DNA from: Escherichia coli
GTDB lineage: Bacteria; Pseudomonadota; Gammaproteobacteria; Enterobacterales; Enterobacteriaceae
DNA length: 64,000 nt
Strand: one strand, 5' to 3'
Assembly: GCF_003019035.1 (NCBI RefSeq)
Contig: NZ_CP027447.1
Below, piece after piece: positions 42,027 to 51,394 of the stretch. Position 1 is the first letter of the stretch, and the number at the start of each line of letters is the position of its first letter. The notes beneath the pieces are model-generated. The model saw only the letters and a program-made list of their open reading frames with translations. It ran no database searches and was not told the DNA's origin. The position numbers and the translations under genes were made by a program.

Positions 42027-43976
42027 ATGGATATTATTATAATGAATAAAGAGTCGTATCATAATGATCTAAAAAATAAATGGAAAATGTTTGTTAAGCA
42101 TGGTTGGGTCGCGACAAATTCGACTAATCATGTGATGCTGAGGTCATGGCAAAAATGTCTCAAGCATTGTGACCCTCGCCACTGGAACACGCCTGTCAAA
42201 GCTTCCGGGCAAACATTGCAGACGATTTTTTCTCGTAACGAAGAGTTTATTAGAATTTCACAAAGAGTTGTTGAAGACCATTTCACTCTGGCTGGTGACG
42301 ACCGGTTGGCATTTTTGATCATTGACCCACACGGCTGGGTTCTATCGTTGAATGCAGCAGGCGATTATTCCAGTCAATTGCGAGAGTTAGGAATTGAATC
42401 TGGTATGTCATGGGCCGAAGATGGCATTGGAACCAATGTATATAGTCTTTGTCGGGAAACAAATTTATATACACAACTGGAAGGAGCAGAACATTTTAGT
42501 GAACAGCTACATTGTTATGCGATGAGCGCTGCTCCGGTCATTGATTATTATGGTAATATCCATGGATACATTGTATGTATAATTGAAACTACCGCCGAGC
42601 TTGTTAAATTAAAAACATCATATTCATGTGCAACAGAAATCGCTAATTATATCTATATTGAGAATGAACAAAAGTTAATAAACAAAGTACTTTGCCAGCA
42701 TAATGCTGTGATTGAATGCATGGATGACGGTTTTATTTGTTGGAATAGTCATTCTTTAATTACGATGGTTAATTCTCAAGCACAAACACTACTGAATATT
42801 GATAAAGAAAGTTTAATTGGTCAGAACATCCGAAAAGGATTCGTATTTCCGCCGATTTTGAATGAGGCAATTACACAACGGAACAAACTATCGCAAAAGC
42901 AAATTGTCCTCGAATGCCGTGGCGAATTTATTGAACTTATGGTTACCCTTCGCCCGTTAAGCGATGGTTCGTTTTTACTTTTTCTTCATCCATTAGACAA
43001 AATCAGGAAAATAGCCCAACAGCAAATAAGCACTAATGCAAATTTTACCTTTGACAGTTTACATGCGGCTTCAGGTGGTATGAAGCAGGTATTACTTATC
43101 GCTCGCCGGGCAATTAAATCCATCTCTCCGATTTTGATCAATGGCGAAGAAGGTGTGGGAAAATTGAGTTTGGCGATGGCAATACATAATGAGAGCGAGC
43201 AACGTGATGGGCCATTTATTTCTGTAGATTGTCAGATGCTATCACCAGAAAATATCTTACACGAACTTCTTGGCTCTGATGTTGGCCCTTCGCCATCGAA
43301 ATTTGAACTGGCTCATAATGGCACCTTATATCTGGATAAAGTCGAATATCTATCAGGGGAAGTTCAGAGTGTTTTATTGAAAGTATTGAAAACGGGGCTT
43401 GTTACTCGCTCAGACAGCCATCGTTTGATCCCCGTACGCTTTCGCCTGATTACATGTACCAGTAGTTCGTTACGTGAGTACGTGCAACAAGGGGCTTTTA
43501 GCCGACAGCTATATTATGAGATCTCCATGAATGAAATTGAAATTCCGCCATTGCGCAAACGTCGTGAAGATCTCAAGCAAATGATTGACGATATTATTGA
43601 TAAGTATCAGGAGCGCACTCGAAAAAAAATGACAATCACGCCTGACGCAAATTCAGTTCTGCTTGAGTACCGTTGGCCTGGAAACATCTCCGAGTTCAAA
43701 AATCGAATGGAGAAGGTATTTATTAACTGCAATCGGCTTGTCCTCGGATTAGAGAATATTCCTCTGGATATCCGACAAAATAACAGTAGTGGCGACGATG
43801 ATATCCCTCATCTTACTTCACTGGCAGAATTGGAGATGCAAGCTATTGAGCATACATGTCGTGTCTGCGAATGGAATCTAACTAAAGCAGCTGAAGTATT
43901 AAAAATTGGTCGTACAACATTATGGCGCAAGCTTAAAATCTATAATCTCTATCCAAATGTTGAGCATGCAGATTGA
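42027..43976 (+). CDS. AAA+ bacterial enhancer-binding-protein-like regulator lacking a GAFTGA motif (DhaR/TyrR-like)
   Basis: 649-aa ORF; central AAA+ domain (GEEGVGKL Walker A-like, NGTLYLDKV Walker B-like) and C-terminal Fis-type HTH (...GRTTLWRKLKIY). No GAFTGA is seen in the translation. Confidence 0.65.
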   Translation: MDIIIMNKESYHNDLKNKWKMFVKHGWVATNSTNHVMLRSWQKCLKHCDPRHWNTPVKASGQTLQTIFSRNEEFIRISQRVVEDHFTLAGDDRLAFLIIDPHGWVLSLNAAGDYSSQLRELGIESGMSWAEDGIGTNVYSLCRETNLYTQLEGAEHFSEQLHCYAMSAAPVIDYYGNIHGYIVCIIETTAELVKLKTSYSCATEIANYIYIENEQKLINKVLCQHNAVIECMDDGFICWNSHSLITMVNSQAQTLLNIDKESLIGQNIRKGFVFPPILNEAITQRNKLSQKQIVLECRGEFIELMVTLRPLSDGSFLLFLHPLDKIRKIAQQQISTNANFTFDSLHAASGGMKQVLLIARRAIKSISPILINGEEGVGKLSLAMAIHNESEQRDGPFISVDCQMLSPENILHELLGSDVGPSPSKFELAHNGTLYLDKVEYLSGEVQSVLLKVLKTGLVTRSDSHRLIPVRFRLITCTSSSLREYVQQGAFSRQLYYEISMNEIEIPPLRKRREDLKQMIDDIIDKYQERTRKKMTITPDANSVLLEYRWPGNISEFKNRMEKVFINCNRLVLGLENIPLDIRQNNSSGDDDIPHLTSLAELEMQAIEHTCRVCEWNLTKAAEVLKIGRTTLWRKLKIYNLYPNVEHAD

Positions 43977-44262
43977 TGCTTTTCAAATTGAAAGAATTTT
44001 AATATCGCAGTGTTTCATTTTGATGCAGTGCTTTAATGGTATTGAAATATTGTGATGTGCTCCATAAATGCCAATGTGGTTATTAGCCAGGGAGACGGAA
44101 AATGTGTTTACACTCCTGAAATAATAAAAAATAGGCAAAGAGAGATGATCTCCTTGTATGTCTGTATTAGCATGATGTTGCTTGTTAATAATTAAAAATA
44201 TCAACGCGCTTATATAAGCGCGGGGGATTGTTTTACTCAATTATTGAATACGGAGATAAAGT

Positions 44263-45633
44263 ATGGAATTTTATCTGGAACCCGCTCGTAATATACCTGT
44301 ACTGGCAACCACGGAAGTGTTAGTTGTTGGTGGTGGTCCATCGGGTATTGCCGCAGCAATGAGTGCCGCTCGTGAAGGCGCAGCTACTATGCTGATTGAA
44401 CGTTTCGGTTGTTTTGGCGGAATGATGACAACGGCTGGCGTCGAGTCAATTGCCTGGTGGCGTCATGAAAATACGGTAGAGTCAGGTGGACTGGCACGCG
44501 AAATAGAAGAAACGGCAAAATCAATGGGGGCGTCCAGCCCTGAGCCGCAATCGAATAGTCAGGCTATTAACGCCGAGCGTTTCAAACTGGTTGCGGATGC
44601 AATGCTTGAACAGGCAGGTGTGCGCCGCGTACTACACATTACCGCCGTTGATGTTATTAAGCAGGGCAATAATTTACTCGGCGTAATAACAGAGAGTAAA
44701 TCTGGTCGTCAGGCTATTTTGGCGAATGTCATTATTGACTGTACTGGCGATGCCGATATTGCATGGTTTGCCGGAGCACCATTTATTAAGCGTGAACGTG
44801 AAGACCTGATGTGTATGACAACCGTTTTTAGTTGCGCAAATGTCAATAAAAACGCGTTCATGCAAAATATTAAGAGCACGGAACCTAAATATGGAGACTG
44901 GGGGGCGGATGAAGAAAATAAAAACTGGTCTTATGATGTTCATGAATCTTGTCGCGATATGTTTAGCCCTTATCTGGGTAAAGTCTTTGCGAAAGGAAAG
45001 TCGGCAGGAATTATTCCAAAAGATGTGACGTTAGGCGGTTCCTGGAGTACGGTCACCGAGTATGGTGATGCGAATTACTTGAACGTTGTCAGCATCCCTG
45101 CCGTCGATTGTACGGATGTTTTTGACCTGACGCGTGCAGAAATAGAAGGCCGCAAGCAAGCCATGCAGGCGATTGAAGCGTTGCGTCAATTCCAGCCAGG
45201 ATTTGAACAGGCACAATTAAAAAATTTCGGTATGACGGTGGGAACAAGAGAATCAAGACATATTATTGGGCGAGTCCAGCTTACGGAAAATGATATTTGT
45301 AATGAGGGACGTCATGCGGATTCAATAGGGGTATTCCCTGAGTTTATAGATGGAAATGGTCATCTTAAATTACCTCTTGAAGCGAACTATTTTCAAATCC
45401 CTTATGGCGTAATGATTCCGCAGCAAGTTGAAAACCTGTTGGTTTGCGGACGGGCAATCGATGCAGATAATTTCGCCTATGCGACAATCCGTAATATGGG
45501 GTGTTGTATTGTCACTGGAGAAGGTGCAGGGACTGCCGCTGCTATTGCCATTAAAAATAACACTACCGTTTCACAGGTAGATATTCAGACGGTACAGGAA
45601 CGCTTACAGCAAAATGGCGTAAAAGTCTTTTAA
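44263..45633 (+). CDS. FAD-dependent oxidoreductase (paralogue 2)
   Basis: 456-aa ORF, EVLVVGGGPSGIAAAMSAA...; clearly paralogous to 33700..35094 along the whole length. Confidence 0.7.
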   Translation: MEFYLEPARNIPVLATTEVLVVGGGPSGIAAAMSAAREGAATMLIERFGCFGGMMTTAGVESIAWWRHENTVESGGLAREIEETAKSMGASSPEPQSNSQAINAERFKLVADAMLEQAGVRRVLHITAVDVIKQGNNLLGVITESKSGRQAILANVIIDCTGDADIAWFAGAPFIKREREDLMCMTTVFSCANVNKNAFMQNIKSTEPKYGDWGADEENKNWSYDVHESCRDMFSPYLGKVFAKGKSAGIIPKDVTLGGSWSTVTEYGDANYLNVVSIPAVDCTDVFDLTRAEIEGRKQAMQAIEALRQFQPGFEQAQLKNFGMTVGTRESRHIIGRVQLTENDICNEGRHADSIGVFPEFIDGNGHLKLPLEANYFQIPYGVMIPQQVENLLVCGRAIDADNFAYATIRNMGCCIVTGEGAGTAAAIAIKNNTTVSQVDIQTVQERLQQNGVKVF

Positions 45634-45647
45634 CAGGGAATAAAGTT

Positions 45648-47051
45648 ATGAGAGAAAAACCCAGTTTTTATGTCGCGCTTACACCGATCATTTTTATGAT
45701 GATCGTGTTGGTTGTTGGCATCGGTGTTATGGGCTGGCCTGCCAGCGTCTGTTTATTAATTTCAGCGGCGTTTTCCTGCATTATTGCAATGGCTAAGCTG
45801 AAATATACCTGGGATGAAATCCAGGGGTTTATTATCGATAAGATTTCGGCGGTGATGGCACCGGTACTTATCGTTATTTTCGTTGGCTTTATGGTCGCGA
45901 CATGGAGCTATGCAGGTACACTGCCGATGCTGGTTTATTACGGTATGTTACTGGTTGCGCCCGCATGGCTTTATGCCATAGCGTTTTTTCTGAACGCAAT
46001 ATTGTCCTATGTTTCCGGGGCATCATGGGGATCTGTCGCTTCTATTGGTGTTGCATTAATGGGCATCGGTTCCGGCTTACATGCCGATCTTCCAATTCTG
46101 GCGGCAGCCATTGTTACCGGGGCTTATTTTGGCGACAAACTTTCACCGTTAAGTGATACCACTAACCTGACTTCAGCGGTAACCAAAACTAAACTTTATG
46201 ATCTGATTAAATATCTACTCTGGACGACCATCCCATCAACGATTATTAGCCTGCTGTTTTTTACCTGGCTGGGAATGATTCATACTTCTACGGGCTCTAT
46301 TTCACCAGAAAGCATGCAGATGCTGGTACAGCTCAAAGAGTTATATAAGTTTGGTCTGTTACCGCTACTGCCTATGCTTATTGTTCTGTGCTTTACCTTT
46401 TTGCGTTTGCCTACAGTACCGGCATTATTAAGCAGTGCGTTCGTGGCCGTATTGGTTGGATGGCTGTATCAAGGTTTCCCGCTGGCCGAAGGTATTAAGG
46501 CCACAATGAGTGGTTTCCGTCTGACGATGATCACTGATTCAACGACGCTGTTACCTTCTGTGAAAGAACTGCTTGAACAAGGCGGCCTGAATAATCAGGG
46601 CGGATTCCTGTCATTTATTATCTGCGCCATGATGTTTGCTGGCATCCTGACGGGAACAGGAATGATGGATGTCACATTACAAAGTGCGGCAAACAAAATA
46701 AAAAGTGCTTTTGGCGCTATTCTGGCAAGCGGTGTTTTAGCGATCATCATTAACTTACTTACCGGTTCTGATGGTTTGAATAAGATTGTTATATCTGAAT
46801 TGATGATGAAGAAATTCGAAGATCTTAATTTATCACCGTTAGTCTTAGCCCGAACGCTGGAAGATTTTGGCACCATGAGCGCGCCAATTATTCCGTGGTC
46901 AGCTGCCGGATTGTATATGGCGACAACACTAGGCGTGCCGACGTTTAGTTACTTGCCGTACTGTGTATTCTGTTTCTGCTCGATGATATTTGCGTTGATC
47001 TATGCTTCTACAGGTTTCCGTTTACTGCGCTTCAACGAAGCAAAGGCCTGA
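45648..47051 (+). CDS. Polytopic membrane transporter (NhaC-like family)
   Basis: 467-aa highly hydrophobic ORF immediately downstream of oxidoreductase paralogue 2. Family assignment is tentative. Confidence 0.55.
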   Translation: MREKPSFYVALTPIIFMMIVLVVGIGVMGWPASVCLLISAAFSCIIAMAKLKYTWDEIQGFIIDKISAVMAPVLIVIFVGFMVATWSYAGTLPMLVYYGMLLVAPAWLYAIAFFLNAILSYVSGASWGSVASIGVALMGIGSGLHADLPILAAAIVTGAYFGDKLSPLSDTTNLTSAVTKTKLYDLIKYLLWTTIPSTIISLLFFTWLGMIHTSTGSISPESMQMLVQLKELYKFGLLPLLPMLIVLCFTFLRLPTVPALLSSAFVAVLVGWLYQGFPLAEGIKATMSGFRLTMITDSTTLLPSVKELLEQGGLNNQGGFLSFIICAMMFAGILTGTGMMDVTLQSAANKIKSAFGAILASGVLAIIINLLTGSDGLNKIVISELMMKKFEDLNLSPLVLARTLEDFGTMSAPIIPWSAAGLYMATTLGVPTFSYLPYCVFCFCSMIFALIYASTGFRLLRFNEAKA

Positions 47052-47137
47052 GTTATTCAAGATAATAAATGCGTTTGCCGGATGGATTAATCTCCATCCG
47101 GCGTTAATGTCAAAATTCCATGTTCTGCAGAATAATG

Positions 47138-48049
47138 TCAGCTAAGCACAATCTCCAGCTCGCGCAGTTCACGCCAGAAGCGTTCGGCAACGGGATTCAT
47201 GCGGGTATTCATCCGGTATGCGTAGGCCTGAATCGGGATCACCAGTTCGTCCCGATTCAGCACAACGAGCTGCCCGCTGCGAATTTCTTGTTGGATAGCG
47301 TACTCCGGCAGCCAGGCAATCCCACAGCCGTCGAGGGCAACCTGCTTTAAAAGCTCGCTCATCGAAGAGACAAAAAAGGTGCTGAAACTTAACTCACTGT
47401 GGCGCGTCAGGGTGCGATTAATCAATCGCCCCATGTAGGAGTTGCGGCTGTAATTCAGTAACGGAAAGTGTGGCTGCGCGAGGTTAAAAAGTGCTTCTCC
47501 GTGTTCGTCACTGGCGCAGACGGGGAACAATTGAGATTCAAATAAGCGAATGTGGTCAAATGGTGCTTCCAGCAAATCTTCGTCGTGAAAGGAAAAAATA
47601 CAGTCACTTTGCCCTTCACGCAGTTTATCGACCGCTTCATCGACATCAATGGCTTCAATCGCCCAGGTAAAGAGCGGCGGCATCTGGCTGATAATGGACG
47701 GTAACAGACCGAGGGAAAGAGAGTGTGCAGCGGCTATCTTGATTTTACGTTGCGCGTAATCGCTGCCGCCACGCAGCTCTGCCAGATTGCTTTCTAACTG
47801 TTGCAACAGATGGCGGATCTGCGAATGAAAGATTTTCCCTTGTTCCGAGAGTTGCAGCGGCGTCACCTGGCGGTTAAACAATTCAACGCCAATCGCCTGT
47901 TCCAGTGCACGGATGCGGCGGCTGAATGCCGGTTGCGAGACGTTGCGACTGACTGCCGCCTGGGAAAAGTTGCGGCATTTTTCCAAGGTCAGAAAATCAT
48001 AAAGCCATTTTGTTTCAATATTATGCAAAACCGCACCACAGCCATCCAT
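47138..48049 (-). CDS. hypT: LysR-type regulator HypT (YjiE)
   Basis: 303-aa LysR-family ORF; synteny with iadA. Confidence 0.8.
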   Translation of the reverse strand: MDGCGAVLHNIETKWLYDFLTLEKCRNFSQAAVSRNVSQPAFSRRIRALEQAIGVELFNRQVTPLQLSEQGKIFHSQIRHLLQQLESNLAELRGGSDYAQRKIKIAAAHSLSLGLLPSIISQMPPLFTWAIEAIDVDEAVDKLREGQSDCIFSFHDEDLLEAPFDHIRLFESQLFPVCASDEHGEALFNLAQPHFPLLNYSRNSYMGRLINRTLTRHSELSFSTFFVSSMSELLKQVALDGCGIAWLPEYAIQQEIRSGQLVVLNRDELVIPIQAYAYRMNTRMNPVAERFWRELRELEIVLS

Positions 48050-48113
48050 TACGTTTTACTCTGTCAGCCGCCCTTGCGGGCATTCTACGTCCATTCGGGC
48101 GGCTGACAACCGT

Positions 48114-49286
48114 TTAAGCCGTTTCAAACGTTCCTTTCACGCAGGCTTTGCCGTCTTTGACCATCAGTTTGCCGCGAGCGTATACCTGCTCAATGCGCAA
48201 TTCTGGCGTCATGACCAGTAAGTCTGCGTCATTGCCTGGCAGAATTTCGCCTTTCCCGCTCAGGTTAAGGAAACCGGCTACGCTACTGGTGAGCGGGCGC
48301 AGGGCATCGCTGATACTGAAATCATAATCTTTGACCAGCACCTGCACGGTTTCCAGCAACGTTTCAAAACCGGCAACACCGATATGGGTTAAATTCCCTT
48401 CGTCATCGAAGAACGGCTGGCTACCGTTGCCGTCGGAGCTGAGGGTGACGCGTGCCAGCGGAATACCCGCCTGAACGGCGCGGGCAATACCTTCGGCAGG
48501 GGCGACCGGTTCGTCAATGCTGCTGGTGATGTCGATGGTGCCGCCTTTGCGCGCGAACTCCAGCGCCTGCTCAAACAACGGAACGTTGCGGTTAACGTGG
48601 GTCGGCAGCAGCTTGCTGATCGGCACATCGCAGTTTTCCAGCAGGTCATAGACAGGCTGTAACGCCTTTTTACTGTCGCCCATGTGGAACACGGTGACGC
48701 CAGGTTTACCGCCAAGCAAACCGCCAACGCGGGATTCCGCCGCCATATTAGCCAGGTGATAAACGTCCGGTGCGGCAGAACGGTGATCAGAGATGGCGCA
48801 TTTCACACCAATCACGCGATCGATAATCGCCACGTCTTTTTCCACGGAACCCGTAATAGTGCGGGAAGGGACATGATAAGCGCCGGTCAGCATCCAGGCG
48901 CTGATGCCTTCTTCATTGAGCGCACGGGTCTTGGCGAGCAGGGATTCCGGGTGGCGAGAGATAGAGTCGGTGCCCAGCAGACCAACCACTGACGTGACGC
49001 CCGCTTCCGTCAGGCGACTTAACGCCACTTCCGGCGTGCGCGTCGTGGGACCTGCTTCACCGCCACCGCCAATCAAATGAACGTGTTGATCAATAAAACC
49101 TGGGCAGAGGATCTGCCCGCGGAGATCGACAACCGTGCAGTCCGGTACAATGTCAGAAGGGATATTACTGGCAACGGCGATAATTTTGCCGTTAGCGACG
49201 AGGACATCGCAAACTCCCCGATCTTCCGGCGCATACAAATGCGCTCCCTGCAGCAGGGTAAAACCGGCTGCGGTATAATCAATCAT
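48114..49286 (-). CDS. iadA: Isoaspartyl dipeptidase IadA
   Basis: 390-aa amidohydrolase ORF, MIDYTAAGFTLLQGAHLYAPEDRG... Confidence 0.85.
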   Translation of the reverse strand: MIDYTAAGFTLLQGAHLYAPEDRGVCDVLVANGKIIAVASNIPSDIVPDCTVVDLRGQILCPGFIDQHVHLIGGGGEAGPTTRTPEVALSRLTEAGVTSVVGLLGTDSISRHPESLLAKTRALNEEGISAWMLTGAYHVPSRTITGSVEKDVAIIDRVIGVKCAISDHRSAAPDVYHLANMAAESRVGGLLGGKPGVTVFHMGDSKKALQPVYDLLENCDVPISKLLPTHVNRNVPLFEQALEFARKGGTIDITSSIDEPVAPAEGIARAVQAGIPLARVTLSSDGNGSQPFFDDEGNLTHIGVAGFETLLETVQVLVKDYDFSISDALRPLTSSVAGFLNLSGKGEILPGNDADLLVMTPELRIEQVYARGKLMVKDGKACVKGTFETA

Positions 49287-49298
49287 GGTAACTCCTTG

Positions 49299-49760
49299 TT
49301 AAACAATAAGCTGCATAACCCAGATCGACAGCAATGCGTTAATCACGCAGACCGTAATGATATGCGGGTAATATTTGGCATTCACTTCGGCTGTCCCCAG
49401 GCAGCGACCGACATTTTGCACCGGGTTGCCCATTAAATACATCGCGGGCAGTAAAACGGTGACATCGTGACCGGTTAATGCGCCAGCGGTTGCCAGACTG
49501 GCGGCAACACCGACTGCGCCGCCCATACTCATTAATGCGGCTAAAAGGACGGTTGCCGCTTCACCGGGTAATCCCCACAGCGCCATTACGGGTTCACAGA
49601 TATGCCCCACCCAGTCGAGCAGGCCGGTAATTTTCAGCGCCTGAATGATGACAAACGCCATCACCACGTTTGGCAGCAGGTTGGTCGTGGCGATAGTAAA
49701 GCCACGGCGCGCGCCATCGATAAACATATCCATGACGTTTTTGCGGACCTGAGTTGTCAT
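49299..49760 (-). CDS. yjiG: Inner-membrane protein YjiG
   Basis: 153-aa membrane ORF; its start overlaps the upstream yjiH stop; synteny. Confidence 0.75.
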   Translation of the reverse strand: MTTQVRKNVMDMFIDGARRGFTIATTNLLPNVVMAFVIIQALKITGLLDWVGHICEPVMALWGLPGEAATVLLAALMSMGGAVGVAASLATAGALTGHDVTVLLPAMYLMGNPVQNVGRCLGTAEVNAKYYPHIITVCVINALLSIWVMQLIV

Positions 49761-50452
49761 GCTTGCGCTCCTTGCGTTGGGTTGCGACGTTCTTCGAAGT
49801 TAAGCCAGACGCGCAAAATGTTGGCTCCGACAAATTTAAACACCAGGATGACGGCTAAAGGTACGATTACGGACGTGCCCAGAAAGGCAAACACCGCGAC
49901 GCCGGAAGAGAAGTAGTTGGTGATGATGGCGCTACCGCTGGTTTGATATGCGGCGAATATCACTTTATCACGTTCGGTAATTTCCCCTTCCTGCGCCAGT
50001 TCTTTGGTCATACCTGCGGCGGCATCGGTGTTTTGCAGGTTAGCAATCAGCGCTAGTGAACAGATGCCTGGAATGCCCAACAACGGTTTTAGCACGGGCG
50101 TCATTAACTGCTGCGCGGCGCGCAATCCGCCAAGACCATCGGTAATCGAGATAATTCCCAGAGAGAGAATGACTGACGGTGCCAGCTCCAGCGCAAAGAG
50201 AAAGCCATCTTTAGCCCCCGCGCCACCCGCCCCGCGAAACGAGGTGGTGGCTCCGTTCGCACCAGGCAGTTGCCCAAACGATCCGTTCAGAACGGAAAAA
50301 TCAAAAACGCGCCACCAGCTGTCTGTTCCGGAAAAAACACCGGAAAAAAAGATTATGGTGAGAAAAAAAGCCAGATACCCTTTAATGCCCACTTTTTCTG
50401 TCGCCAGCTCCCCGGCTACAGCATCCCCTTGTTGTGTCATAACAATCCCCAT
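49757..50452 (-). CDS. yjiH: Inner-membrane protein YjiH
   Basis: 231-aa membrane ORF (the true start may be the internal Met, MTQQGD...). Confidence 0.75.
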   Translation of the reverse strand: MGIVMTQQGDAVAGELATEKVGIKGYLAFFLTIIFFSGVFSGTDSWWRVFDFSVLNGSFGQLPGANGATTSFRGAGGAGAKDGFLFALELAPSVILSLGIISITDGLGGLRAAQQLMTPVLKPLLGIPGICSLALIANLQNTDAAAGMTKELAQEGEITERDKVIFAAYQTSGSAIITNYFSSGVAVFAFLGTSVIVPLAVILVFKFVGANILRVWLNFEERRNPTQGAQA

Positions 50453-50689
50453 TGTTTTTTTGTGTTTGTGTGTTGCTTGAGCCAGGAAAATTCCTGGAGC
50501 TGAAAAACCTTATCAGCCATGTGGGTATGGGGAAAATGCAAGTATGTTTCTGGCTATGCGTTTTTTGCATAGCGGAAAAATTACGCTATAGGGAAAAGGT
50601 TCTGCGCTGGATTGAGTTGCAGTAAATTCATAAACCCAGTGACAATGACATAAGTAAATAAAAACAGAAAATCCAGGGACGAAAACGAG

Positions 50690-51274
50690 ATGGCAAAGTA
50701 CAACGAAAAAGAGCTGGCGGATACGAGCAAGTTTTTAAGTTTTGTCCTCCGACACAAACCGGAGGCGATTGGTATCGTACTGGACCGTGAAGGATGGGCG
50801 GATATCGATAAGCTCATACTTTGTGCCCAAAAAGCGGGCAAGCGGTTAACCCGTGCATTGCTGGATACCGTTGTCGCCACCAGCGATAAAAAGCGTTTTA
50901 GTTATTCCAGTGATGGTAGGTGCATCCGCGCGGTTCAGGGGCATTCGACTTCGCAGGTCGCTATTTCCTTTGCCGAAAAAACACCGCCACAGTTTCTCTA
51001 CCACGGTACGGCAAGCCGTTTCCTTGACGAGATAAAAAAACAGGGGCTGATTGCAGGTGAGCGTCACTACGTACATCTCTCTGCTGATGAAGCAACGGCA
51101 CGCAAAGTGGGAGCAAGACACGGATCGCCGGTTATTTTAACCGTCAAAGCACAGGAAATGGCGAAACGAGGCCTCCCTTTCTGGCAAGCGGAAAACGGGG
51201 TCTGGCTGACATCAACGGTTGCTGTTGAGTTTCTTGAGTGGCCGTTCATGCCGGCTGGGTTACAAAAACAATAA
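50690..51274 (+). CDS. kptA: RNA 2'-phosphotransferase KptA
   Basis: 194-aa [45 protein letters not shown]... (Tpt1/KptA family). Confidence 0.85.
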   Translation: MAKYNEKELADTSKFLSFVLRHKPEAIGIVLDREGWADIDKLILCAQKAGKRLTRALLDTVVATSDKKRFSYSSDGRCIRAVQGHSTSQVAISFAEKTPPQFLYHGTASRFLDEIKKQGLIAGERHYVHLSADEATARKVGARHGSPVILTVKAQEMAKRGLPFWQAENGVWLTSTVAVEFLEWPFMPAGLQKQ

Positions 51275-51352
51275 ATTCAAGATATTGCAGGGGTTATATA
51301 GGACTGATAAGCGCAGCGGATCAGGCAATGTAGCGTTTGTTATCAGTCTGAA

Positions 51353-51378
51353 AGGATACCCTCGCACAAGGGTATCCT
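51353..51378. terminator. Hairpin between convergent kptA and the adhesin gene
   Basis: aggatacc-ctcgcacaa-gggtatcct inverted repeat; a REP-like ctgataagcgcagcggatcag lies just upstream. Confidence 0.35.
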
Positions 51379-51394
51379 TAATAACCTGCTGAAA

